Positions 11,675 through 25,068 of a DNA stretch of 64,000 nt are shown here, one piece after another. Each line of letters begins with the position of its first letter. Position 1 is the first letter of the stretch. The notes under the pieces were generated by a model. It was not told the DNA's origin, did no database searches, and was given only the letters and a program-made list of their open reading frames with translations. Source of the DNA: Octopus sinensis (Eukaryota); contig NC_043003.1 of assembly GCF_006345805.1 (NCBI RefSeq), positions 2,604,001 through 2,668,000 of the forward strand, read 5' to 3'. Position numbers and translations under genes: made by a program.

Positions 11675-11898
11675 CATTTAGCATTCAGATTCCTCCATCA
11701 AATGTAATTGCTTATTTATTCACATCGTTTTGAATTAATCCTGCATTATCTCAGAGCTTTAAGATTTCTATGATGTGATTGTTTATTTTTAGAATGAGAA
11801 TACAGGGTTTGTGTGAGAGGCTGGATCTGGCCAGTTTGAACCCAAAACAGGTAGAATATTTGGGCCAAATGTGGCCAGTTTAAATGCTGAAGGGTTAA
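11675..11898. mobile_element. piggyBac-like MITE (family 2); related copies at about 21577-21775 and 60200-60385
   Basis: Ends AATGCTGAAGGGTTAA and starts with a TTTAGCATT inverted terminus. Bodies are shared among the three copies. Confidence 0.6.
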
Positions 11899-13044
11899 AG
11901 GGACTTCAAAGTTGAGATGATGATTGCAAAACAACTGCTTCCATCATCTACGCTTCTCACTGACCATCATTTTGTAACAAGCCTCACTGTAAGTTGCACA
12001 ATCATGATCATCCACTGATTGAAGCTGGTGACATGATTTTGGTTCTTAGATTTGGTGAAAGGTCATCAGTAAGTAGAAACAGGCCTACACAGACTAAGAT
12101 TAACAATTCAGACACTTCCCAAAGAGCAAGCAAATCTAATGATAGGTCTGCAGTCAACATCAAGAATATCTTTTCTTCTTGAACATTTTCGTCTGCGCTA
12201 GATGCAGCATGAAGGAACATGATAATAATCATCATCATCATTTTAATGCCAGGAATTTATGGAGGTAGGTTTTCTACAGCTGGATGCCCTTCCTGTAGCC
12301 AATCACCTGTTTCCAAGATAGGTAGCACTTCCCAATGACCAGACAAGATTTCACAGAACATTGGAAATGAATGACACTGCTTGTATGAGAGTGGAACTCA
12401 TTTTACGACTGTCAGGCGAGAACAAGACAAAGGAACACAAACATTCACACTCACACACACACACACACGACAGGCACCTTTTAGTTTCCATCAACCAAAT
12501 CCACACCCAAGGCTATGATTAGCAGAGAAATACAGAAGAGACAAGGCTTTGGTCAATGCAGAGGTGCCGTTCATTGAGATGGAACTGAAAACCAGGTGTT
12601 TGGGAAGTCAACCCCAGCAACAATACTCAGGTTCATGCAATGATGTAAATGTCAAAACAAAGAGGAAAATAACTGAGGAGAAACTCTCTGGGATGGACAA
12701 TGAGAACATGCTAACCCTGCCAATTTAATAAAAGGTTCAGTTTGAAAAGTTTCCAGTGGTGAAGACAGGAGGGGACAAAGATCAAAGCAGGCACCTTTCT
12801 TATCTCATTGTCATTGTCTTAATGTCTACTTTTCGAGGATTATATGAATCAGATGGAATTTGGTGAGGAGATTTTCCATGGTTGGATGCTCTAACTGTCA
12901 CCAACCTCCACCTGCTTCCAAGCAATAATATTTCCCCATCACCAGACACATTTTTCACAGAAGACTGCAAACATCATTTGTACGATGGTGATGCACATTT
13001 ATAGCCATCATATGATGGTAAAACAAGGGTGTGTGTGTATGTAT

Positions 13045-13425
13045 CTCATCATCATCATCATTTAGCGTCCGCTTTCCATGCTAGCATCGGTTGGACGGTT
13101 CAACTGGGGTCTGGGAAGCCAGAAAGCTGCATCAGGCCCAGTCTGATCTGGCAGTGTTTCTACGGCGGGATGCCCTTCCTAACGCCAACCACTCCGTGAG
13201 TGTAGTGGGTACTTTTTACGTGCCACCGGCACAGGTGCCAGACGAGGCTGGCAAACGGCCACAGTTGGATGATGCTTTTTACGTGCCACCAGCATGGAGG
13301 CCCGTCGGGGTGGCGCTGGCAACGGCCACGATCAGATGGTGCTTTTTACGTGCCACCAGCATGGAGGCCCGTCGGGGTGGCGCTGGCAACGGCCATGTTC
13401 GGATGGTTCACTTACATGCCACTGG
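13045..13425 (-). mobile_element. Family C SINE-like element with internal tandem modules
   Basis: CATCATCAT tail plus GATGCCCTTCCTAACGCC core, followed by three CTTTTTACGTGCCACC modules. Two of them are near-identical over about 55 nt. Confidence 0.85.
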
Positions 13426-13426
13426 T

Positions 13427-13464
<38 letters not shown>

Positions 13465-14222
13465 CATATATATACACACACACATACATATATGTACACA
13501 TCATGGCTGATGCCAATGCTGCCTGACTGGTACCTGTACTGGTGGCACATAAAAAGCATTGGTCAAGCATTGGGCCTCATGGAAGCAGTGGCAGGTGACC
13601 AAGACCCTTAGCAATAAACCGTGCTTATGTTGACCAGTCAAGCCAAATGAGACCGTAGCCATGGCTGATACCAGTGTCACGTCGATGGCACGTAAAAAGC
13701 ACCCACAACAATCTTGGAGTGGTTAGCATTAGGAAGGGCATCCAGTTGTAGAAACCTTGCCAAATTCAAATCAGTAACTGGTGCAGCCCCCTGGTTTACC
13801 AGTTTGCATGGAAAGTGGATGTTAAACAATGATGATGATGATGATGATGATGGTGACAATGAACTTCTTTCAGATTCCAATCTAGTAAATCCCCTCACAA
13901 GGTACTAGCTGTCCTGAGATTATAGTAAAAGACACTTACCTAAAGTGCTGTGCAGTGGGACTGAACCCAGAGCTACAGGGTTGTGAAGCAAGCTTCTTAA
14001 CCACACACCCACATCTGCACCTGTCACATATAAACATTTTTTTTTCACACAAGAGAAACTGCAATCAATGAAGAACCTCACAAAACCCTCATTTCTCATC
14101 CATGCACGAAATCATGCCCCAAAAAACACAAGAATCTGTACAAATAAATCGATTGCCTGATAATCATTTATTTGTCATTGATAAATGTTCCTATTTTCAA
14201 AATATTTGTTAAGTAGTGAATA

Positions 14223-14426
14223 TTATTCCTTTTCCGCCAACTCGTTTACAAAATCATCAAAGTCCCTAGAATTGGTTTCAAAAGCTTGTAGTTGATTGGT
14301 CACATCCTGCAGTGTCTCAGCTAGTGTAAACTCCTCTTTGCATATCGACAGAGCAGGTACTCCTTGTGTCTCTTGGTAGCAGCGCCATAAATCACTGCAA
14401 GTGTCTTCACCAGCAAAAGGAGGAAT
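14223..14426 (-). CDS. ATG13: ATG13 exon 5 (terminal; ULK1/Atg1-binding-type C-terminus)
   Basis: Acceptor tttcAG at 14428-14427, phase 0. Encodes IPPFAGEDTCSDLWRCYQETQGVPALS...DVTNQLQAFETNSRDFDDFVNELAEKE*, which resembles the human ATG13 end (KPAFSKDD..LGTFYREFQNPP..EFDAFVETLQ). Confidence 0.92.
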   Translation of the reverse strand: MPPFAGEDTCSDLWRCYQETQGVPALSICKEEFTLAETLQDVTNQLQAFETNSRDFDDFVNELAEKE

Positions 14427-15435
14427 CTGAAAGTAAAAAAACAAAAAAACACAGGAGTATAATTTACTGCTCGTTAATATTAAACCATCAACTTCATTGT
14501 TTTAAAGTACACTTTTTCAAGCTTGCATGGGTCAAACAGAATTTGTTGAGACAGATTTTCTACGACTGGATGCACTTCCTGTTGCCAACCCTCACCTTGT
14601 TTCCAAGCAAAGTAATATTTTCCTATGGTTAGACACGTTTACGCAGAAATGAAGGACACTGCTTGTATGACACTTAAAACTATGATGTACTGCCAAGGAC
14701 ACACGGCACACACACACACACAATGGGCTTCTTTCAGTTTCCATCTACCGAATCCACTCACAAAGCTTTGGTGAGCCTGAAGCTATAGAAGAAGATACTT
14801 GTCCAAGATGCTGTGTAGTAGGATTGAACCTATAACCATGTGTTTGGGAAGCAAATTTCTTAACCACACAGCCGCACCCATGCCTGTATCTCACTACAAC
14901 ATTTCTTGACGCATACTCGAGACAAATTTCGTCTTCCAGCATCAGATTTATCCTCCTCATCACCTCAGGATTTTCTAAAACGTCCACTGCAATTGTTAAT
15001 GGTGACTTCTCACATGTTACAGACAGACACACTTCAATAATCACACTTCTTTACAAATCAAAATACACCTAACACCTAGTCTTATCATCATTCAAAGTTC
15101 ACTTTTCCAAACTTGCCTGGGTCAGACAGAATTCGCTGAGCCAGACGTCCTTCCAGTTACCAACCTCTCCTCTTAAATATTTCCCTCGTGGCCTGACATA
15201 TTTCCACAGAACTTTAGAAGCAAACAACATCACTCACATGACTACGATACTCATTTACAGCCATCACATGATGTCAAGGCAAGAGTAGACACAGACGCAC
15301 ACAGCCTCCATCAACCACATCCACTCACAAAGCTTTGGCTGTCCTGAGGCTACAGTAAACGATACTTGTTCAAGGTGTCACACAGTGAGATTGAACCTGA
15401 GGCCACATAGTTGGGAAGCTTTATAACCACATAGT

Positions 15436-15797
15436 CACACCTGCCCCTCCACAACCACACCTGCCTGTCCAGTCATGCCTGCCCCTCTACAGTTATGCCT
15501 GCCTCTCCCAAGCTACTCCTGTCCCTCAACAGCCACTCCTGCCCTTCCAAAGTCACTCTTGCCTCTCCATAGCCTTCCCTACCCCTCCACATCCATGCCT
15601 GCCCCTCCACAGCCACACCTGCCCGTCCAGTCACGCCTGCCCCTCCACAGCCATACCTGCCCGTCCACAGCTACCCCTGCCCTTCCACAGTCACTCCTGC
15701 CCTTCCAAAGTCACTCTTGCCCCTCCATAGCCTTCCCTGCCCCTCCACATCCACGCCTGCCCCTTCACATCCACACCTGCCCGTCCACAGCCATACC
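15436..15797. repeat. ~20-bp minisatellite (about 19 units, CACNCCTGCCCCTCCACAGC)
   Basis: Directly visible degenerate tandem units continuing from the 5' end of a minus-strand SINE head. Confidence 0.9.
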
Positions 15798-16142
15798 TGT
15801 GTAAAACATTGAATTGAACCAACAACACATTTCCCTCAGCTTTATTGCAAACAAAGTTAAATATTCATTAATCTCACTCTTAACCCAAATTTTACAAAAA
15901 GGGGTTGCTGTTGTTTAGCCCTAATCAATCAGATCTGTAATCTCGCTATTCCAACGGTGACCATCCCAACCCATTTTTTTAGGGGCATCATGCACCCTGA
16001 ACTACATTATCAAATGTTTTTCTTTTCAAGAAAGTAATGTGACACATTTGGCTACTATTTCTAGTGAGGTGGGTGACCACATAGTTGCTTCTAATGTAAT
16101 AGGAGAATGCCCAGCTTTTTGCAGAGAAGAGTTCACATGTGT

Positions 16143-16177
<35 letters not shown>

Positions 16178-16319
16178 CGTGTGTGTGTGTGTGTGTGCGT
16201 TTTACAGTCTCTTTGCCTTGACATTATATGTGAGAGTTGTAAATAACTGCCACCGTGGTGCAAGCAGTGGCATTCGTTTCCAGTCTTCCATGAAAGCATG
16301 TCCAGTCTCATAAATAATA

Positions 16320-16573
16320 AATAAATGCGCCCTTTTAAAGCCTAGCCAGGCTCATGGGCCCGGTTTCCCGGTTTCCGTGGCGTATGTGTTCCCCAGCTGG
16401 ACGGGACGCCAGTCCATCACAGCGTTACTCATTTTTGCCAGCTGAGTGGACTGGAGCAACGTGAAATGAAGAGTTTTGCTCAAGAACACAACGCGTCGCC
16501 CGGTCCAGGAATCGAAACTACAATCTTACGATCATGGTGCTGACACCCTAACCACTAAACCACGTGCCTCCAC
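16320..16573 (-). mobile_element. tRNA-derived SINE (family D); related copy at 48687-49010 (+)
   Basis: Head GGAGGCACGTGGTTTAGTGGTTAGGGTG..GTTTCGATTCC and body TTGCTCCAGTCCACTCAGCTGGCAAAAATGAGTA shared with 48687-49010. Confidence 0.85.
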
Positions 16574-16619
16574 TGTCCAGTCTTAGGGAAACATTATTTT
16601 GAGTGAAAACATAACTGGA

Positions 16620-16790
16620 AGGTTCTCTGGAACTGGATGCTTTTGTTACCTAGGTGACCTAATTAGGAGAGGAGGCAGGTGTTTAGAAAGCATAGCAAAT
16701 GGATTAGAACAAGATGGAAAAGTTCGGAAAGTTGTTATCGTTGCTGAACAAGGAGGGAACATTGTGAGAGGGTTCTGTGTGAAACACTAA
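16620..16790 (+). mobile_element. Decayed RTE-like reverse transcriptase fragment
   Basis: CFCYLGDLIRRGGRCLESIA resembles the RTE FCYLGD.I..GGGC..S motif. Frameshifted. Confidence 0.6.
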
Positions 16791-17464
16791 ATACACAAAA
16801 AACAGGGAAGAAATAAGCTTTGCTGTCTCCAGGGGATGTTTTCAGTCTTCTTTTCTTTATGCTTTAATTTTGGTCTGGAATTTGAATGTCCTTCCTATTG
16901 CTAAAGACCTGACAGCATGGACTGGATATTCTCTCTCTTTTTATACATGCACAGAAGCACAACAAATAAGAAAGCAGAAAGAGAAGCAGGAGAGAGCAAC
17001 CAGTCCATACTGTGAAGTGGTGGGCGACAGGAAAGGCGTCCAACTACAAAAAAAAGCATACAAGAAAGAACAAGAAAGAACAGAGGAGAATGTAGACACG
17101 GTGAAGGCAACCCGCCTAGGGGTGTGATAACTCTTAAAATGGAAGCTGATTCAAGACAGCAAAGGGTCTCTTCAGTTCTGCCACAGACTTCATTTTTTAG
17201 AGACGTCATCTCCATACAATGAACTCAATTCAGGTTATATAATGACAGGAGATCGGAATGGCATCCATCCACAGATAAAAAGAATCATATCATTCACAAC
17301 AACAAGGATCAGCAGTTTTCTCTGCTGCCCTGTGTCCCAAATGACAAAGGGATTATGAGAAGGGCAAGGTCCTGCGCTGGAAGAAACTGTGAAACCCATT
17401 CCAGAGAAGAAAAACAGACATAATGTAATGAAGATGATGGATAGAAAGATGGGATGCAACTTAC

Positions 17465-17807
17465 TGAATCAATTAAAACAAATCCTTCTTTATTGCAGTT
17501 TTCTTCGTCATCATCGTCATCGTCGTCATCGTCATCACTGGTAGTGCCGTTTCCGTATTGTTGTAATAAGTGGTCTGAAACGGCCGGCTCACTTTCCGAG
17601 CTCGCTACCAGGTCTTCGGCTGCTGAATTGTGTGATATTGCTGAGGGACTACAACTCTGTTGGGGAGGTTTGTTAGCATTTTGTAAGAGAGTTATGAAGG
17701 GGATGTCCTCCATTGCATTGGAGCGAGTTTTGTTCAGATTATAATGCAGATCACTGGCGAAAGCACCGACCACTCGTTCGTCAAGGTAGTCATTTTCTTT
17801 GTCAGAG
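17465..17807 (-). CDS. ATG13: ATG13 exon 4 (GAF..DIPF segment, poly-Asp, LIR)
   Basis: Acceptor ttgcAG (17809-17808, phase 2) and donor GTAAGT after 17465 (phase 0). Encodes SDKENDYLDERVVGAFASD..MEDIPFITLL..DDDDDDDDDDEENCNKEGFVLIDS, comparable to human GAFV..LDIPFAMF and DDFVMID. Confidence 0.9.
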
Positions 17808-18204
17808 CTGCAACAGATGCAGAAAACATTCACGATTAAGGACAAGAAATACAACTGCACAATAACGACAACAAAAAAAATCAATGACTTCTAATAGAAA
17901 ATGTAATTCATATCAAAGGATAAAGACTTATTGATCTTAATGTGCATATTGATTGTATGAGAGAGAGAGAAAGAGAGAGAGAGTGTGTGTCTGTGTGTGT
18001 GTGCATGAGAAAGACCTTCACCTGACGGATGCTCCTCCATGTGACATAAAACAATGTTAAGATACAGAAATCCTTATCAACTTTTGCATGTAATAAATAC
18101 AACCATTTGACAAAATGTATTGAATACTCATTTCTGTTTATGAATGCAAATTAACATTATTGCATAAATATGGTGTGTGTGTATGTTTACACAAATAACG
18201 ATAA

Positions 18205-18640
18205 TAATGAAATCATTATATACAGTGCTCAGGTGCACCACAACTTGTCAAAAGTGCGTATAAAGCATGTGCCTTAGTGTACAAATGTCTGGGAAGCGAA
18301 CAGTGATTGAGTCAGATACATGCTTGCGTGTGTATGGAGGGGAGAAAAATCAGGTGTAGTGTTGGCGAATCTCAAGAAGCATGGAAGTTTTGAAGGATGC
18401 AGTACTCCAACAACTAACAACCGATGCCGGCAGTCTGTTCCATGCTTTGGCAATTCTTAGCGTGAAAAAAATGTTTCCAAAAGTCATGGGAGCTGTGCTG
18501 TTTTCTGACTTTATAAATATGTCCACGGGTGTTAGATGGGTGGAGTTTGACCCATCCAGGACTGCAGCAAAATACATTTGTTGAAGGTGCCATGCATTAA
18601 GATCAAGCCTGAAATCATGTGCTGGTAATTCTTTTTGAGA
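18205..18640 (-). mobile_element. CR1-like LINE 3' end
   Basis: FFTLRIAKAWNRLPASVVSCWSTASFKTSM* is the CR1 ORF2 terminus (FF..RV...WN.LP..VV...S...FK). It is followed by a 3'UTR and an (ATT)n-like tail also seen at about 4501-4550. Confidence 0.85.
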
Positions 18641-21600
18641 ACTGTGACACCAAAACAAACAAACAAACATACATATGTACGCACATACATAGACAGACAA
18701 AGACCATATTACATGCACACAAAACAACTGACGAACCAACAACTGAGAATCAACATTGTAACAACAACAAAAAAACGACCATCTTGACAAGATTGTAATT
18801 AGCAATTAACCGTTGAAAAGAAAATACATAAAGAGGACCCCCCCTCCCCGCACACAAATAGATATATAAAATTTAAGTGAATACACATACATATATATAC
18901 ACACACACATACATATATATACACACACACATACATATATGTATACATCATGGCCGATGCCAATGCTGCCTGACTGGTACCTGTGCTGGTGGCACATAAA
19001 AAGCACTGGTCAAGCATTGGGCCTCATGGAAGCAGTGGCAGGTGACCAAGACCCTTAGCAATAAACCGTGCTTATGTTGACCAGTCAAGCCAAGTGAGAC
19101 CATAGCCATGGCTGATACCAGTGTCATGTCGATGGCACGTAAAAAGCACCCACACTTAAATAGATGTATGGAAAAAAAACTCGTTTGAAATACCCTAAGA
19201 CACATGTCTGAATGATATTGCATTGGAGGGAAACTTTAAAAAAGAAAAAAAGAAAGTGATCCAGTTTACCAGAACAATATATACTCTATATCATAGATTG
19301 AGTACTTTATCATGTGCAAGTGCGCATTGATGCACGTGTGCACACCAGTGTATACATGCAACCATTCATGTATGTAGCTGTACATCTATACACACACACA
19401 CACACACACACACAACAAACATATCTAGACACTTATATCTCAAAGAATCCATCACCATTTAACTTCTGCTTTCCATGCTGGCATGGGTCGGATGGTTTGC
19501 TAGGAGCTGGCAAGGCTGGAGGGCTGCACTAAGCTCCAGTTGTCTGTTTTGGCATGACTTCTACAGCTGGATGCCCTTCCCAATGCCAACCACTTTCCAG
19601 AGTGTACTGGGTGCTTTTTTACATGGCACCAGCACCAGTGCCTTCTAAGAATAGGGAGTCGTAAATTAACATTTAATGTTTATGAGAAAATACTTCACAA
19701 AAACAACAAGATTGGATTTCTGGGAGTTAAACTTTATGTTAGATACTTATTTCCCAAAATAAACACATCTATCAACATTCAGATTATTCTTCTCCTCCTT
19801 ACATTATCCATTTCCAGTTTGGATTCATTTGGTTTTCGGATCCATCAACTAATTTCAAAACGTTTTTTCTAGTTATCTCCCTTGTTTCTGATTGGTTGAG
19901 TTGAGCATCATTCAACAATGTTTACCCCTCAGATACTGCACTCACCAGATTAAGTATCTAAGTGTTTCCTTTTTTTATTTATAACTACCAGTAGTTTCTG
20001 ATTTCTGATCTTGTGTACAAGGATGGATAAAAATTCCATGTACCAATTTAGCACCAACTGCTGCCATTTCACCCCTCTAGATGATGAAACAGTTTGCAAC
20101 CCACCAACCTATTGTGATTCCAACAGAGAAACTAAGAAGTGGGTGTCCATGCAATTCAGACAGAATAATTGCAGAGTATTTTTGTTTGACGCCCTGGCGT
20201 TTTTCTCACCAATATCTCTCAATGATTAAAGCGGTGAGCTGGCAGAATCGTTAGCACGTTGGGGGAAGTGCTTAGCAGTATTTTGTCTGTCGTTATGTTC
20301 TGAGTTCAACTTTGCCTTTCATCCTTTCGGGGTCAATAAAATAAGTACCAGTTATGCACTGGGGTCGATGTAATCGACTTAATCCCCTTGTCTGTCCTTG
20401 TTTGTCCCCTCTATGTTTAGCCTCTTGTGGGCAATAAAGAAATAAATATCTCTCAATGATGCACACCTCACCATCCTCATTTAGCATCCATTTATCCAAT
20501 CTTGCAGGAGTCAGAAGGAATTTGTTACGGCAGACTGGATGCCCTTCTTGTCACCAACCCTAATGTTAATGTTATTGGACTGTGGCCATGCTGGGGCACC
20601 GTCTTGAAGGGTTTAAACATGTCAATCCTAGTGCATAAGTGGAACTTATTCTATCAGTCCCTTTTGTCAAACTGTTAAGTTACAGGAACATAGACAAACC
20701 GACACCGGTTGTCAAGCAGTGGGAAGGAGACAAACACAAATGCACACTATATTTATACAAAAGGCTTCCACACAGTTTCCACCAACCAAATTCCCTCACA
20801 AGGAATTGGCCAGCCTGGAGCTATAGTAGAAGACACTTGCCGAAAGTGTCACTCAGTAGGACTGAACCTGAAACCAGGTGGTTGCAAAGACTTCCCTTTA
20901 CTGCACTTACCAAAGTTGTGATAAGAGATTCCTCATGAAAACACACACCAAAGTATCCAAGTAGATGGGAAAAACTAATATATTTAAAAAAATGAAATCT
21001 TTGATGCAACTCAAAGACACCATCTACAGGAAAATCAAGGGTTTAATTAGTGCTAACAGCATTAACTTAGGGATCAGTATAAAATGAGTGTCTGGTGGTG
21101 TTGTCAACCCTGATGAAATCGACCTGTCATCATCTGAACGAAGAGCAATAATTTGATTGAGATTTGTTTGTTTATATTGATGTTGTGGAGGGACTTGATC
21201 CATCAACATCCTTGACGTTTATTGATCAGCAAACAGCAAAGGTGCATGGTGGTTAAGATATTGCACTAAAGATTGCAAGATCACGGTTTCCGTCCCTAGT
21301 CTGGGCAGTGCATTGTGTTCCCAGGCAAAACACTTCATTTCACATTGCCACTCAGCTGTAAGCAAGTAACTCTGTAAAGGACTGACATCCTGTTTAAGGG
21401 GCAACGCTGTGATCTCGATCACTTATATGCTATGGACACCAGGTGACCGGTCCTATGTGGCCCAGAACTTGGGCCACTAATGTCCTGGGGTTGATGATTA
21501 CGATGATAATAACACATTTCCTCAAAGTGGGAGGTTGCAGAAGGAAATTCACCTTTTGGTATTTCAGGCATATTCATCCTTCAGCATTTAAATAGTCCAT

Positions 21601-24600
21601 ATCCAGCCCAAATATTTTACTAGATTTATGTTCAAACTGGCCAGATCCGACCTATCACACCTACTCTACAATGTCAAATCTCAAAGCTGCAAGATATTTC
21701 AGGATTAATTCAAAACAATGGGAATTAAATAAGTATTATATTTGAGAGAGTCATGTGAATGCTGAAGGGTTAAGCGCAAGTCTATTCTTGTAAAACCAAA
21801 TCTCATTTATTAACGAGTGCTGTTATATAATTAATAATCGTTTCAACTGCTGCTACACTGGCATTTTGTTTTCTTACTTCAAAAGAAGAATTAATTATAC
21901 ATTTTATCGTTAAAATATTTCCCACTAAATTTAATTTCAAATTGCTAATTAACTGTAGATTAAATCTTTGCCTTCTACTGTCAATTAACCATTCTGCCGT
22001 ATTCTACTGAAGTTCTGACATCATTTACAAAGGCCATTATTTATTACAAAATCTTCAGACTGCGTTGAGTCAAAGGTTTTGCAACACTCCTCCACTGAAG
22101 CTGCTGCCTGCTCTTGGTTGATGCAAGCGCCTTGTAGTCTAAAATTAGGCAACCAAGAGCAAAAACAGGTTCTTGAAGCCAATGAAAAACATTCAGTTAA
22201 TCAAATACTCGTTATTTTCCCATGGTATAACAGGTGCAGACCAGGCTGTGAAGCTTTCTTCCCAACCACATGGTTCCAGGTTCAGTCCCACTGCATGGCA
22301 CCTTGGGCAAGTGTCTTCTGCTAGAGCCCCAGGCTGACTGAATCTTTGTGAGTGGGTTTAGTAGAGGGAAACTACAGGTGTGTATCTTAGCCTTAACAGC
22401 ATATAATGATTGTGAACAAGCATCTTAATTATACAGGTGGAAAGACATGTCTGGGCAGCGGGGAAATATAACCTTCCTTGGAAACAGGTAAGGGTTAGTA
22501 ATGTCATGATGATGATGATATATCTTCCATACACACACAACAGGCTACTTTCAGTTTCTGTCAAACAAATCCACTCACGAGGCTTGCCCAAGCTCTCATG
22601 CAGTAGGACTGAACTCGTAACCATGTGGTTGGGAAGCAAACTATTTAACAATACAGCCATGTGTGTGTGTGTGTGTGTGTGTACATATAGCACACACACA
22701 CATCCACTCATACCAGAAGAATGTAGAGTTCACAAAATGCCGCCATCTCAATCATAAGCCCTGCACTATTTTGGTTTACATGGTGATGAGCCTGGCCCAG
22801 AGATAACATTTATTAATGTCAGAACAGAAAGAACAGAAGTGTTTGTTTAGAATTTTTTGTGCCACTTACATGAAACTTAATCAAATAGCAGGTGAAAAAC
22901 ATAAACTACATCACATATGGAAGATTGGAGATAAACAATTTATCTCTCAAAGCAAAAAAAAAAAAAAAGAGGAGAACGTGTGGTGTGACGGGGAGCGTGT
23001 AAGTGATGCAGGAGAGAAAGGGAAAAGCAGAGAGAGTATGATGCTGTTTGTTGTATGAAAGAGAGAATTGGGTAAAATGAACAGAGAAGCAATTAAGTGT
23101 TACAAGGTGCACGCAAGAAGAGAGGAGATTCCGTGGCCTGTCCACAGAATGCATCAAGCTCTGTGAAAAGATGCCAAGAATCGGTAACGGGTGTTACAGG
23201 TAATATATACAGACAAAAGTCTTTCATGAGGTCAGGTGAAAGATTCTAGGAAAGTTAATATTATATTATTGTGCTTAATTTAGCCATGATTGTTAGAGGA
23301 GAACCATATGAAAGTGATGACCAATAAAGATATCTTATGGTCAACAGGGTGATGGACACTGCCATGGTCAGTTGTCCAGGGATAGGTGCAGGTACAGATT
23401 GTGGTCATGCTGGGGCATTGCTTTGAACAGTTTTAGTCAAAGAAACTGAACCCAGTACATACTGTTCTTTTTTTTGTTTTTGAAGACTGATATTTATTCT
23501 ATTGGAAACTAAAGTTATAGGGACATAAACAAACCAACACTGGTTGTCAAGCAGTAAGGACGTTGGTGAACAACAGACACTAAGATACACACATGCATCT
23601 GTGATGGGATTCCATAGGTGTAGGTATAAAAGGAACACAGAAGGAATTTAAATTTTGTGTGTGTGTGTACCAAGCATTGGCATGGATCAGAATTATTGAA
23701 ATAACTGCATTAAATCCACGCGTGAACTTCATATAACAAGAGTTGATAATGTTAGATTTGAACCAAGTCAGCACTTCTCATAAAATACAGCTGAAAATTA
23801 CTGATGTCTATCATGTGACCAAAATGAAAACATTGTCAAAATACAAACTGCATCGTTAAAAAAACAGGCTTTCATTAAAGAGAAATGCCCTGTATTTGGC
23901 AAATTAGGGAAACTGCATATCAAAATAAAACCCTATTTTTATGTATGAACAACCAGAAACAAAAAGGAACAATGACAATGATGATGGCAGCCCTGTTGGT
24001 TTGAGAAGAACCTGGGCTGATTGTGATGTAGAACAGGACCAAAGCAGCATGAAGGTATCGTTCAAAGAACTCAATCTGCCGGAGGTGTTTATCTTTTCTT
24101 TACATTTCAACCAGATGTGAAGATATTAGTGTTATTGGAGAGATAACAGAACGATTCCGAGGAATTTACTCCTTTTCATACTTTTAGGCACAGACAGATG
24201 TTTGGTTGTACAAACTGGAAAGATCTTAATTAAGTCTGATAAAAGCTAGGCATGAAAATATCAACCCCCGAATTATTGTGTGTGTGTACGCGTGTGTGTG
24301 TGCATGCGTGTGTGTGTGTATGCGTGCGTGTGTGTGTCTATATGTATCACTTCTTAATTTGAGTGGGGGCAATGCGAGCAGTTACTAAAGGAACATTACA
24401 AGCAATGTTCCTTTAGTTCCTGCTTGCATTGCCCCCACTCAAATTAAGAAGTAGGATAAAGCTCATTTGGAGCACTACAACTCCAGGCTGTATTATATTT
24501 GGAGTATTGTTATTACTAGCTATCTCAAGATATAACTGTGTATTTTGTATTTTATATATATATATATATAAAAAAAATGATGTCTTAGGCAGAGTGATAC

Positions 24601-25068
24601 AGCAATACTAATAACCAGTTGTTAGAACTCAATATACTTTTGCTTTAGCTCTGAGTGCACTGCTTTTCATAGCAGAAACGGCTGTAAGTTGATGAAGGTT
24701 ATTATGTAACTTCTACTATTTTGTCGTTCATTATATACATATATATAAAGTTACATGATAGGGACGCCAGCGTTAGGCAGTGGTGAGGACAAAGCATACA
24801 GTTTGCGCACTAGCGTAGCTACAGTGTGTGCTGCCCGGGGCGGCCCTTTTGTTTGCCACCGCCAGGCCCAAAAGTAGCGCCCTTTTAAAAGTGCCCCTTC
24901 TACCCACCCCCTAACTATGCTAGGGAGCTTGAGAGTCCAGGGCGCTTCATAACTGGCACCAATTTAAAAAGACTGGTTCCATATACAACATATTAAACCT
25001 GTTGATAGTGGGTGTTATTCCTTTGTTAAATAAACGTTCCTTCATTTTAGAATTATTTATTGCTAATA

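Noticed and set aside
12008-12241. Hydrophobic 77-aa minus-strand ORF
   Set aside because: It starts in a CAT microsatellite, has no convincing splice sites or family motif, and is at best a decayed LINE fragment.
15475-15804. Pro-rich 109-aa ORF
   Set aside because: Translation of the 20-bp minisatellite.
23680-24120. Coding-looking plus-strand stretch in ATG13 intron 3
   Set aside because: Stops occur in all frames and no recognisable motif is present. The ATG13 model needs no exon here because exon 3 and exon 4 phases already match.
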